A DNA stretch of 64,000 nucleotides, from positions 1,784 through 65,783 of the forward strand of contig CAWGZX010000003.1 in NCBI GenBank assembly GCA_963827135.1, in the 5' to 3' direction. Shown here piece by piece: positions 55,594 to 64,000 of the stretch. The number at the start of each line of letters is the position of its first letter. Position 1 is the first letter of the stretch. The stretch is from Methanomassiliicoccaceae archaeon (GTDB lineage: Archaea > Thermoplasmatota > Thermoplasmata > Methanomassiliicoccales > UBA472). The notes below the pieces were generated by a model. That model did not search any database. It was not told where the DNA came from and worked only from the letters and a program-made list of their open reading frames with translations. The translations under genes and the position numbers were made by a program.

Positions 55594-56646
55594 ATGAAAG
55601 AAATGACATCGATGGAGCGGTGGGATGCCGCTGCAAACCACGAGACTCCGGACTACGTGCCCTATTCTCTTTTTGGAGGCATATTCGAAGTGCACGGTGT
55701 TCCAGGATTGGATGTAGTAAACTACGGGGCAAGCGGCTTGAACATGGCAAAGGCCCATAAGGCCTTCTATGAAGCGGTTAAACCCGATTCAGCCTATTGC
55801 CTTTCTGATATGGGCCTGATCGTTCAGGGCTGGGGGGTTAGAATGAAGCTTCCTGACGCCCCCAACATCTGGATGGCATTAGGCAAATTCCCGGTACAAG
55901 AGCCAGGTGACTGGGAGAAGCTCGAAGTCCTTGATCCGAGGATTGATGGAAGAATGCGCCTCTATCTTGACGCGTGCAAGCTTTGGACCGACTGGTATGG
56001 CGACAAGGTTCCGATAGGAGTGTCGCTGGCCAGCCCAATCACCACGGCCACGCACGTATGCCCAATGGAAACGGTCATGATCCACATGATGACCGAGCCC
56101 GACGCTTTGAAGAAAGGTCTCAAGACCATTGAGCAAACCATAGCGGACTTCATCAACCAGTGCGAAAAGAGTGGTGCTCACTATGCTGGCTATCTAGTCA
56201 CAAGGGCCTCGAAAGAGATCACCACTGAGCAGCAGTATCGCGAGTTTGGTGCTCCCTCTGATGAATATGTCTTCAGGCACACCACATTGCAGAACTGGCC
56301 TCATATTTGCGGTGTGGAGCCGATGTTCGACCTCGTGAACGAGTGGTCGAGGAAGTACAAGCATGTCAAGGGAATATCCTGGTGGAGCGAAGGAGCTAAG
56401 CCGAATCTCAAGGAAGCCAAGGAGGGCTGGGGCAAGCAGCTATGCTTGATGTCCGGTATCGACCATACCAACACCCTCGTTAGTGGGCCTGCCAGTGCTA
56501 TCGAAGCAGAAATCGAGAGATCCTGCAAGACAGCCATGCACGGAAGCGGCCTTATCTTGGCCCCTGGCTGCGAGATTGCACCTCAAACTCCAATCGAGCA
56601 CATGAAGGTTGGACTGAGGGCTGCAAGGAAGTATGGAAAGTACTGA
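55594..56646 (+). CDS. MtaA/MtbA/MtsA-type (uroporphyrinogen decarboxylase family) corrinoid methyltransferase, copy a
   Basis: 350 aa. Zinc motif H-x-C (WPHICGVEP) plus distal Cys (LAPGCEIAP). URO-D family architecture. Confidence 0.8.
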   Translation: MKEMTSMERWDAAANHETPDYVPYSLFGGIFEVHGVPGLDVVNYGASGLNMAKAHKAFYEAVKPDSAYCLSDMGLIVQGWGVRMKLPDAPNIWMALGKFPVQEPGDWEKLEVLDPRIDGRMRLYLDACKLWTDWYGDKVPIGVSLASPITTATHVCPMETVMIHMMTEPDALKKGLKTIEQTIADFINQCEKSGAHYAGYLVTRASKEITTEQQYREFGAPSDEYVFRHTTLQNWPHICGVEPMFDLVNEWSRKYKHVKGISWWSEGAKPNLKEAKEGWGKQLCLMSGIDHTNTLVSGPASAIEAEIERSCKTAMHGSGLILAPGCEIAPQTPIEHMKVGLRAARKYGKY

Positions 56647-56700
56647 GGTGTAAAAGCACCACAAACCCTTTTTTTTACTTTCATAAAGGTGGTTCAGACT

Positions 56701-58326
56701 ATGAAGGCAGGCAGCGTCGCATACGATTTGGCAATCATAAATGCCAATGTAATAACGTTGAATAAGAAGGCACCCAAAGCTCAGGCCGTAGGCGTAATAG
56801 GGGAAAAGATAGCGTCCATTGGTACGGACGCAGAGGTCAACGCCGGCGTCGGACCTAACACCAAGGTCATTGACGCCAAGGGCAAGACGGTACTACCTGG
56901 CTTCCACGATTCACACATGCACCCACTATTAGTGGGGCATTTTGCCAATGGCGTCATTCTAAATGATGTTAAGAATGTAAAAGAGTTCCTTGTGAAAATA
57001 AAGGAGAAGGCAGATAAGACCCCCAAGGGCAAAATGATCTTAGGATCCGGTTGGAACCAGGAGCTGTGGGAGGAGCGCCGTTACCCGACCCGATGGGAAG
57101 TCGACTCCGTAGCCCCGGACAACCCTGTTTTCCTTATCCACTGGAACGCTCACATTTACTTGTGCAATAGCGTGTTGATGCGCCAGAAGGGCATCGACCG
57201 AAACACCCCCTCCCCAGATGGAGGAACCATTGAGAAAGATGCAAAAGGCGAGCCAACAGGAATCCTGCTTGAAAACGCGATCAATCTGGTAGCTCCAGGA
57301 TTCTTGGAGACCGGTGCAGGTCTGTTCTCATATGAAGAGACGAAGGAAGCGCTGCACTATTGCGCCAAGAAGGCGGCAGAATGGGGCTTGACCTCGATCG
57401 TCGACATATTGGCGGGTGATGCTCAGGTCAAGGCCTACCAGGAACTTGAAGCAGAGGGAAAGCTTCCGGTTCGCGTCAACTTCTTCCTGGGATACCAGCT
57501 ACTCGACTCGGTCATCAACCTGGGCATGATGAGCGGCTTCGGGAACAAGAAGATCCGCTTCGCCGGGATGAAGATGATTACCGATGGGTCGCTCAGCTCC
57601 CACACCGCCGCGCTCAACAAGCCATATGTGGACAAGCCTGAGACCACCGGGGTCATGAGGCTGAGCGAGGCGGAGATCAGAGATTTCGTGTTGAAGGCCA
57701 CGGCCAATGGCATCCGTGTCGACGTGCATGCATTGGGGGACAGGGCCATACACAGCCTGATCAAGATATTCCGTGAGGCCAGGGACAAGTACAAGCCCAA
57801 GGACCCGCGCTTCAAGGTATCCCACTGCATCATCATGGACAAGGAACTGGTAAAGGCGTTCGCCGAATTGAACGTCGTGGCCAACGTACAGCCCACCTTC
57901 CTGATGGCCGGACAACAGTGGATCCCCCGGCAGGTAGGCCCGGATAGGTGCAAGATGGCACACGCCTATTGCTCGTTGAAGGATGCAGGCGTGCACATGA
58001 GCTCTGGCACGGACGCCCCCATCGGCCACATGAACCCCTTGATCAACGTCTACGCATCCTCCGTGAGGAAGGATCTGAAGGGATTCCCTGAGGGATGCTG
58101 GCACCCGGAGCAGAAGATTACCGTGGACGATGCGCTGCGCATGGGGACCATCGAAGGGGCGTATGCGACCGGCGAGGAGAATGAAAAGGGAACCCTCGAG
58201 GTCGGGAAGCTCGCGGACATGGTTCTAATGTCCGGGGATCCGTTGGCCGTCAAACCCGAGACTATATTAGATATCAAGAATAATATGACGATAGTAGGTG
58301 GAAAGGTGGTCTATGTCGCGCCCTGA
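56701..58326 (+). CDS. YtcJ-like metal-dependent amidohydrolase (Amidohydro_3)
   Basis: DLAIINANVITL...VLPGFHDSHMHP (HxH metal site), and a C-terminal MSGDPL...GGKVVY typical of the family. ATG 56701 follows AAAGGTGG. Confidence 0.75.
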   Translation: MKAGSVAYDLAIINANVITLNKKAPKAQAVGVIGEKIASIGTDAEVNAGVGPNTKVIDAKGKTVLPGFHDSHMHPLLVGHFANGVILNDVKNVKEFLVKIKEKADKTPKGKMILGSGWNQELWEERRYPTRWEVDSVAPDNPVFLIHWNAHIYLCNSVLMRQKGIDRNTPSPDGGTIEKDAKGEPTGILLENAINLVAPGFLETGAGLFSYEETKEALHYCAKKAAEWGLTSIVDILAGDAQVKAYQELEAEGKLPVRVNFFLGYQLLDSVINLGMMSGFGNKKIRFAGMKMITDGSLSSHTAALNKPYVDKPETTGVMRLSEAEIRDFVLKATANGIRVDVHALGDRAIHSLIKIFREARDKYKPKDPRFKVSHCIIMDKELVKAFAELNVVANVQPTFLMAGQQWIPRQVGPDRCKMAHAYCSLKDAGVHMSSGTDAPIGHMNPLINVYASSVRKDLKGFPEGCWHPEQKITVDDALRMGTIEGAYATGEENEKGTLEVGKLADMVLMSGDPLAVKPETILDIKNNMTIVGGKVVYVAP

Positions 58327-58431
58327 AGCTCCTCCTCAGTGTCGAAACATGGACCATCACCCCATTATTATTCTCCTCTCTTCACCGAAACAATGCGGAG
58401 GGAGGAGATGACATAACAGGAGGAAAGAAAA

Positions 58432-58971
58432 ATGGCAATGGGACCTGGAGAAATCACATTGGGGCTTGTCGGGCTTTACATAGCTGGCGTCCTGATGGTC
58501 AATCTCCTCGCCTTTCAGGGGAAAGCTGATCTCAAGGACGCTGCGATATTCAACTTTTTAGTTGGCTTCCTTGCGATCTCCGTGGCCTTCTATAACTGGC
58601 TAGTGGGTGGAAGTCCTCTAGCGGCAGCGCAAGCCTTGCTGTTCGCATTCACCTACTTGTGGCTCGGTTGGGACTTTATTAAGGGGGCCAAGGACCAGAG
58701 GGCGGTGGGTTGGTACTGCTTGTTTGTGGCCATAAACGTGATTCCGTTCGCGATATACACGTTCAAGGCAGAGCTGTGGATCCTGGGCTTCAACTGGATC
58801 TTGTGGGGCTTGGCATGGTTCATGTTCTACGTGCTCCTTGCGGCTCAGAAGAACCAGTACTTCAAGCTGATGCTCGGCGTGACCTGGGTCGCGACCATAG
58901 TCCTATGGTTCTGCTCCCTAGGATGGCTCATCGGCTGGATGGACTTCGCGCAGTTCTATGGCTTCTGGTGA
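58432..58971 (+). CDS. AmiS/UreI-family amide/urea channel
   Basis: 179 aa, 6 TM. GLVGLYIAGVLMVN, NFLVGFL, LLFAFTYLW and YCLFVAINVIPFAI align by eye with H. pylori UreI as I remember it (GLVLLYVGIVLISN, NFFVGGL, LLFGFTYLY, YSLFVAINTIPAAI). AGGAGG Shine-Dalgarno. Confidence 0.75.
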   Translation: MAMGPGEITLGLVGLYIAGVLMVNLLAFQGKADLKDAAIFNFLVGFLAISVAFYNWLVGGSPLAAAQALLFAFTYLWLGWDFIKGAKDQRAVGWYCLFVAINVIPFAIYTFKAELWILGFNWILWGLAWFMFYVLLAAQKNQYFKLMLGVTWVATIVLWFCSLGWLIGWMDFAQFYGFW

Positions 58972-59063
58972 AGGCAACCCTTAAACCATTTACATTAATT
59001 CCTTTTTATAATTATAATATGGCGAAGGGCATGGGAACATCTAGCCATTCAATAAAGATAAAT

Positions 59064-59297
59064 TTATTCTGGATACTTTATATATAAATACATGCCCAGG
59101 ATAAATGAGATGACCCCCAGTATCGTCGCTCCTGATATGAGCAGCATCGAGTCCTGTAAAAACTCCTCTCCTTTTGAATAGGCATCATAGTACATTATTC
59201 CCGCCGCGGCTAGACCAAAAAGTCCAGAAGCCATCACGACGATTCCAGCATAATTCTTTCCTCGTTCCCGATCCTGTCCAGGAGAGCTTTCGTCCAC
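59064..59297 (-). CDS. Small 2-TM hypothetical protein
   Basis: 77 aa with two hydrophobic helices. It is the only opposite-strand ORF inside the methyltransferase block. Weak support. Confidence 0.35.
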   Translation of the reverse strand: MDESSPGQDRERGKNYAGIVVMASGLFGLAAAGIMYYDAYSKGEEFLQDSMLLISGATILGVISFILGMYLYIKYPE

Positions 59298-59579
59298 GGT
59301 ACTAGAATGAATCGCGCTTCTTTAAAAGTACGCGTATCGCATGGTTCATTTCAAAGGGGAGCATGAAAGCCTTAACATTCTTTTCTATAGTTAAGCCGTC
59401 AAAATACGAAATTTTACGCTGTTTTGGGTCATTCGGTCGGCTTTTTCGAAATCTCTAACCACAAATTGGCTATTTTCTTCCATAAAACCCAGATAAACGC
59501 GTAGGAAATGAAGATAGCATATTTAATGGGCGTTGAGGTTGTATTGCCACCAATAATTGTGAGGGGGCCAGGGGTAAGC

Positions 59580-60647
59580 ATGAAGCAGATGACAAGTACG
59601 CAACGGTTTGAGGCGGCTTTAAAGCACGAGACACCGGATATGGTTCCCATATCCTACTTCGCTGGAATACTTCAGCTGCATTGGGTTAAGGAGAACCTGA
59701 CTTGGAAGGACACCGTGGAATATGGAAGGAACGGCCTTAGGATGGCTCAGGTGACCAGCCACTTCCTGGATGAGGTGGGTGGCGATACTGCCTATGTGCT
59801 GTCCGATGTTGGGGAGATAGTCCAAGGCTGGGGAGTGCGGATGAAGCTACCGGACGCTCCTGATATCCACATGGCTCTAGGGAAGTTCGGTGTAAACGAG
59901 CCCGGAGACTGGGAGAAGCTGGATGTTCTGGACCCATTGATCGATGGCAGGATGCCTACCTACCTTGATGCCTGCAAGTGGCTCAAGGAGAAGTACCATG
60001 ACCGCGTGCCAATCGGGGTCGACGTACCCTCAGCGCTGACGACATCCACCCACGTAGCGCCAATGGAGACGGTGTTGATCCATATGCTCACCGAACCGGA
60101 CGCGCTCAAGAAGGGGCTTAGGACGATTGCGACGACCGTCGCTGACTTCCTAAATGCATGCGCCGACGAAGGTGCCTTCTATTCCGCATATCTGACGACA
60201 CGTGCCTCGAAGGAGATCACCACAGAGGACCAATACCGCGAATTCGGGGTCCCGTGGGATATGGAGATATTCAAGAAGACTGAGCGGCTGTACCACATAT
60301 GCCATGTTTGCGGGGTCGAGCCAATGTTCGACATCATCGCCGAGTATGCGAGGTCCACCAAGAACACAAAGGGAATTTCCTGGTGGGACAAGGGTGCCAA
60401 GCCTAACCTCAAGGAAGCGAAGGATGGCTGGGGAAAGGACCTATGCCTCATGTCTGGGATAGACCACACCAACACTCTGACCGATGGCACGCCTGAGACC
60501 ATTGACAAGGAGATTGAAGAAGCCTGCAAGATCGCCATGCCTGGCAGCGGGTTTATACTCGCGGCCGGATGCGACATCTCGCCCAAGACACCAAAGGAGA
60601 ACATGAAGGCCTACATCAAGGCCGCCCGCAAGCATGGGAAGTATTAA
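59580..60647 (+). CDS. MtaA/MtbA/MtsA-type corrinoid methyltransferase, copy b (paralog of copy a)
   Basis: Start MKQMTSTQRF parallels MKEMTSMERW of copy a. HVCGVEP and AAGCDISP zinc motif. One 54-aa block is 46/54 identical to copy a. Confidence 0.8.
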   Translation: MKQMTSTQRFEAALKHETPDMVPISYFAGILQLHWVKENLTWKDTVEYGRNGLRMAQVTSHFLDEVGGDTAYVLSDVGEIVQGWGVRMKLPDAPDIHMALGKFGVNEPGDWEKLDVLDPLIDGRMPTYLDACKWLKEKYHDRVPIGVDVPSALTTSTHVAPMETVLIHMLTEPDALKKGLRTIATTVADFLNACADEGAFYSAYLTTRASKEITTEDQYREFGVPWDMEIFKKTERLYHICHVCGVEPMFDIIAEYARSTKNTKGISWWDKGAKPNLKEAKDGWGKDLCLMSGIDHTNTLTDGTPETIDKEIEEACKIAMPGSGFILAAGCDISPKTPKENMKAYIKAARKHGKY

Positions 60648-60690
60648 TCATAAGAAAGTACGAATTACAAAAGCCGTGATTGAAGGTGAA

Positions 60691-61353
60691 ATGATGAATG
60701 ACGAACAGTACAAGAAGATATACGATTGCGTTGTGAACGGCAAGGCAGCGGAAGCCCAGAAGATCGGGGAGGAAATGAAGGCAGCTGGCATTGACAGCAA
60801 GGAGATCGGCAAGGTGCTGATCGACGCCATGAACTTGGTCGGGCATAGGTACAGGGAAAGGGAGATCGCCCTACCTCAGCTAATCCTCGCCACGCACTGC
60901 TTCAAGAAGATACTATTGCCCTACGCAGCCGACGCTAAGGGCAAGGAGGGCGTCGTGGTCATGGGAACGGTCAAGAACGACATCCACGACATCGGCAAGA
61001 ACCTGGTATGCTCGATGCTCCAGGTTTACAACTACACGGTAGTCGATCTCGGGAAGGATGTTCCCTTGGAGAAGTTCGTGAGCGAGGCGAAGAAGGTCAA
61101 CGCCAACATAATCGGCGCAGGGACCTTGCTTACTGCCACAATGCCAGAGCTCCAGGAGATCATCAACATGATGAAGGAGGCCGGCATCCGTGACAAGGTG
61201 AAATTCGCCGTCGGAGGCGCGCCCTTGACCACCACCTACGCCAAGCACATCGGGGCAGACGGTTACGCTGCCGATGCGATCCTGTCCGTGGAGATGGCCA
61301 ACCACCTGATGAAGGGAGAACAGCACTATCTGTCCGCAAGGCAGGACAAGTAG
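60691..61353 (+). CDS. B12-binding corrinoid protein (MtaC/MtbC/MtsB-like)
   Basis: N-terminal helical cap, then a Rossmann domain with DxHxxG (NDIHDIGKN), TLLTATM and VGGAPL. Start is ATG 60691 or 60694, after GAAGGTGA. Confidence 0.85.
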   Translation: MMNDEQYKKIYDCVVNGKAAEAQKIGEEMKAAGIDSKEIGKVLIDAMNLVGHRYREREIALPQLILATHCFKKILLPYAADAKGKEGVVVMGTVKNDIHDIGKNLVCSMLQVYNYTVVDLGKDVPLEKFVSEAKKVNANIIGAGTLLTATMPELQEIINMMKEAGIRDKVKFAVGGAPLTTTYAKHIGADGYAADAILSVEMANHLMKGEQHYLSARQDK

Positions 61354-61371
61354 ACTGGCGTGTGTGATTCG

Positions 61372-62418
61372 ATGAGCAAGAACTCTCAGCAAAGGGTGCA
61401 TGACGCCATCAAGCACAACCCCGTTGACCGCGTCCCGGTCAGCGGAATGGCCTGGTTCATCGGGGCCAGGGCGGGCGGCTTCGGCACCAAGGAATACGCC
61501 ACCAACGGCGAGAAGATGGCCAAGGGCCAATTGGCCTTCCATGAAAAGACGGGCGTAGATATATTGCATCCCATGTCCGACGTAGGCCAGATGTCCTCTG
61601 GGTGGGGCACAGTAATGCGCTACACCGAGGGCCTCGCCCCGATGATGGATGACTTCGCCGTCCGGGAACCGGAGGATTGGGAGAAGATGGAGGTGCTCGA
61701 CCCGAAGAAGGATGGAAGGATGCACGTCCCCATCGATGCCATATCATTGATGCGCAAGAAGGTCGGCGAGACCGTGTCGATGATGCCTTACATCCCAAGC
61801 CCGCTCACAAGCACCACCCACGTGCGGGCAATGGAAAACGTTCTCATGGACATTATCCTCAACCCAGAAGCCCTGAAGAAAGGTTTGAAGATAATTACCG
61901 AGACCACCATCCTCTACGCCGACCAGATATTCGATGCCGGGGCGGACGGGCTGTTGTATGCGCCAACCCGCGCTTCCGCCGAAATCGTCACCATCGATCA
62001 GTACGAAGAGTTCGGCGCAATCTACGATCGAAGGGTGCTCGGGGGATTGAAGAACCAGGATGGCTACAATATCCTCCATGTCTGCGGCGTCGAGCCCTTC
62101 TTCGAGCTCCTCTCTAACTACCCCAACACCGGAGGTATAAATTGGTGGGACAGGGGAAGCAACTTGAAAGTATCCGAAGCAAAAGCCAAGTGGGGGAAGA
62201 CGGTCTGCCTGGTAGCGGGAATGGACCAGACTACCACATTGATGATCGGCAAGATGGAGGACATCAGCAACGAGGTCAAGGACACCATCAATCAGGGATT
62301 CGGTGACGGCACCGGATTAATCATCGCGCCTGGTTGCGAGATATCCCCCAACACTGATTTCCAGAAGATCAAGGAAATGGTGAGAGCCGCCGAGAAATAC
62401 GGACGGAAGTTTATTTGA
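61372..62418 (+). CDS. MtaA/MtbA/MtsA-type corrinoid methyltransferase, copy c (divergent)
   Basis: 348 aa. HVCGVEP and APGCEISP zinc motif. Clearly more distant from copies a/b than they are from each other. Alternative GTG start at 61360. Confidence 0.8.
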   Translation: MSKNSQQRVHDAIKHNPVDRVPVSGMAWFIGARAGGFGTKEYATNGEKMAKGQLAFHEKTGVDILHPMSDVGQMSSGWGTVMRYTEGLAPMMDDFAVREPEDWEKMEVLDPKKDGRMHVPIDAISLMRKKVGETVSMMPYIPSPLTSTTHVRAMENVLMDIILNPEALKKGLKIITETTILYADQIFDAGADGLLYAPTRASAEIVTIDQYEEFGAIYDRRVLGGLKNQDGYNILHVCGVEPFFELLSNYPNTGGINWWDRGSNLKVSEAKAKWGKTVCLVAGMDQTTTLMIGKMEDISNEVKDTINQGFGDGTGLIIAPGCEISPNTDFQKIKEMVRAAEKYGRKFI

Positions 62419-62431
62419 AAGGAGGAAGTGA

Positions 62432-63793
62432 ATGAGCGATCTGAAAGGAATCTCAATGAAGTGCGAGCCCCCGGGACCGGAGGCTCAGAAGATAATGGAT
62501 CGGGACAAGCGCTTCATGGCCACAATGAACAAGGTCATGCCCGTGGTCGCCAAGCGCGGCAAGGGAATGTACGTCGAGGACGTGGACGGCAACGTCTACC
62601 TGGACTTCCAGTCCGGTATAGCCGTCAACAACCTGGGTCACTGCCCGCCCACCGTCGTCAAGGCGGCGCAGCAACAGCTTGAGACCCTCATCCACTTCCC
62701 TGGCATCCTGCTCTCACAGAACATGGAGGGCGCGCTGGCCGAGGAGTTGAGCGAGCTCGTCCCTGGCAACTTCGTGAAGAAGACCTACTTCTCATGCACC
62801 GGCTGCAACACCATCGACACGGCCATCAAGGTGGCAAGGTGGAGCACTGGACGGCCTAGGAACCTAGCCTTCTTCGGTTGCTTCCACGGGAAGTCCATCG
62901 GTGCCATGTCCCTCACGGCATCCAGGACCAACTACCGCAAGGGGTTCATGCCAGAGATGCCGGGCGTCATTCATGCACCATACGCCTACTGCTACCGCTG
63001 CCCCTACAAGATGGAATACCCCTCTTGCGACGTCTATTGCGCCAAGTTCATCGAGGAGGAGATCCTGACCAAGTTCATCCCGCCTGAGGAGGTCGCCGCA
63101 TTCTTCATCGAGGCGATCCAGGGGGAAGGTGGGTATATCGTCCCGCCTAAGGCCTGGCACAAGGAGATCCGCAAGATGACCGAGAAGTACGGCATCCTGT
63201 GGGTCGCGGACGAGGTCCAGAGCGGCATCGGGAGGACGGGCAAGTGGTTCGGCGTCGAGAACTTCGATGTGGTGCCGGACATCACCTGCATCGCCAAGGG
63301 CATCGCCTCTGGCCTGCCGATGAGCGCCTGCGTCTTCAACGAGAAGTACGACATCAAGCAGCCCGGAGCTCACGCCACGACCTTCGCTGGCAACCCAGTG
63401 ACGACTGCGGCCGCGCTTGCCACCTTGAAGACCATCAAGGAGGAGAAGCTGCTCGACAACGCAACCAAGATGGGCAACTACCTCCTGAAGAGGGAGGATG
63501 AGCTCAAGGACAAGTACGAGATCATCGGCGATGTGAGAGGCATTGGCCTGATGACTGCGGTGGAGATCGTCAAGGACAAGAAGTCCAAGAAGATGGACAT
63601 GGACACCAGGAACAAGATCGTCAACAGCTGCCTGAAGAAGGGCTTATTGATATTGTTCTGCGGGCCATCCTCGATAAGAATCATCCCCGCGCTCAACTGC
63701 AACCAGGAGCACATAGACAAAGCCATGGAGATCTTCGAGGCCGAGGTCAAGAGGGTCCAGGCCGAGTGCAAGGCTGCCTGCGGAACGGTTTAA
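62432..63793 (+). CDS. Class-III (omega/GABA-type) PLP aminotransferase
   Basis: 453 aa. ADEVQSGIGRTGKWF, DITCIAKGIASGLP (PLP Lys), ATTFAGNPV. AGGAGG Shine-Dalgarno 7 nt upstream. Confidence 0.85.
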   Translation: MSDLKGISMKCEPPGPEAQKIMDRDKRFMATMNKVMPVVAKRGKGMYVEDVDGNVYLDFQSGIAVNNLGHCPPTVVKAAQQQLETLIHFPGILLSQNMEGALAEELSELVPGNFVKKTYFSCTGCNTIDTAIKVARWSTGRPRNLAFFGCFHGKSIGAMSLTASRTNYRKGFMPEMPGVIHAPYAYCYRCPYKMEYPSCDVYCAKFIEEEILTKFIPPEEVAAFFIEAIQGEGGYIVPPKAWHKEIRKMTEKYGILWVADEVQSGIGRTGKWFGVENFDVVPDITCIAKGIASGLPMSACVFNEKYDIKQPGAHATTFAGNPVTTAAALATLKTIKEEKLLDNATKMGNYLLKREDELKDKYEIIGDVRGIGLMTAVEIVKDKKSKKMDMDTRNKIVNSCLKKGLLILFCGPSSIRIIPALNCNQEHIDKAMEIFEAEVKRVQAECKAACGTV

Positions 63794-63854
63794 GGACCGA
63801 AACCATCCTTAAAAAACCCTTTAAAATTTTCAATTTTTATTGCCGTGTCCACGG

Positions 63855-64000
63855 TCAATCATCGCAACTAGGATCGACCTCATGTCGCTCGACCTGCTTC
63901 GGCTTCTCATCGGTCAAGCCCTTGAGCGCCCAGCGTAGCAGGGACGGTGTCACCAGGGCAGTAGCTAGTCCAATGAAGACGGCCATAGAGTAGATGTCCT
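63855..64000 (-). CDS. 3' end of an unidentified membrane-protein gene running in from the right edge
   Basis: The reverse complement reads ...DIYSMAVFIGLATALVTPSLLRWALKGLTDEKPKQVERHEVDPSCDD-stop (TGA = 63855-63857). It is too short to name. Confidence 0.3.
   Translation of the reverse strand, partial: DIYSMAVFIGLATALVTPSLLRWALKGLTDEKPKQVERHEVDPSCDD

Noticed and set aside
55594-62418. Pyrrolysine (in-frame TAG) methylamine methyltransferases hidden in the methyltransferase cluster.
   Set aside because: All cluster genes are complete ORFs without internal stops. None resembles MtmB, MtbB or MttB. The in-frame TAG at 59502 upstream of copy b is preceded by non-coding-looking sequence.
1-64000. 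CRISPR arrays, rRNA genes, IS elements or a prophage.
   Set aside because: No regularly spaced direct repeats, no rRNA-like sequence, and no transposase, integrase, capsid or terminase motifs were seen in any listed ORF.

Overview
A gene-dense 64-kb archaeal chromosomal segment with about 65 protein genes and one tRNA. All calls rest on reading the ORF translations and the DNA by eye; no searches were run.

Archaeal hallmarks:
- RNase P protein Rpp21, ribosomal protein L10e and Dph2.
- queD-queC-queE (archaeosine precursor).
- Mevalonate kinase, and geranylgeranyl reductase + ferredoxin + tetraether-synthase-like radical SAM.
- A split ADP-forming acyl-CoA synthetase.

Three MtaA/URO-D-family methyltransferases with a B12-binding corrinoid protein, on a GC-rich backbone, suggest a methylotrophic methanogen of the Methanomassiliicoccales type. 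This is an inference.

Layout:
- 0-13.7 kb: housekeeping and transport genes (tRNA-Gln, MFS, MtaB-like methylthiotransferase, flavodoxin, aldehyde dehydrogenase, P-type ATPase, citrate synthase, M6 protease).
- 13.8-23.6 kb: lower-GC accessory stretch of small conserved-unknown genes, plus a VIT-like membrane protein, an anSME-like rSAM/SPASM enzyme and an MMPL exporter.
- 24-31 kb: aminotransferase, a CCG-domain gene remnant, a bacterial-type RNase III and the isoprenoid-lipid genes.
- 31-36.2 kb: a TrmB-like regulator followed by a 1443-aa orphan protein whose only recognisable module is a lamin-tail domain.
- 36-49 kb: translation and amino-acid core (serS, rpl10e, dph2, queDCE, cimA/leuA-leuCDB, with an apparent frameshift at the 5' end of leuC).
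- 51.5-63.8 kb: a same-strand block of CoA-transferase AB, ADP-forming acyl-CoA synthetase alpha/beta, then methyltransferase - YtcJ-like amidohydrolase - AmiS/UreI channel - methyltransferase - corrinoid protein - methyltransferase - class-III aminotransferase.

This last block is my best candidate for an undescribed methyl-substrate pathway. The giant lamin-tail protein is second. No CRISPR array, rRNA, recognisable transposase or pyrrolysine-type in-frame TAG gene was seen.
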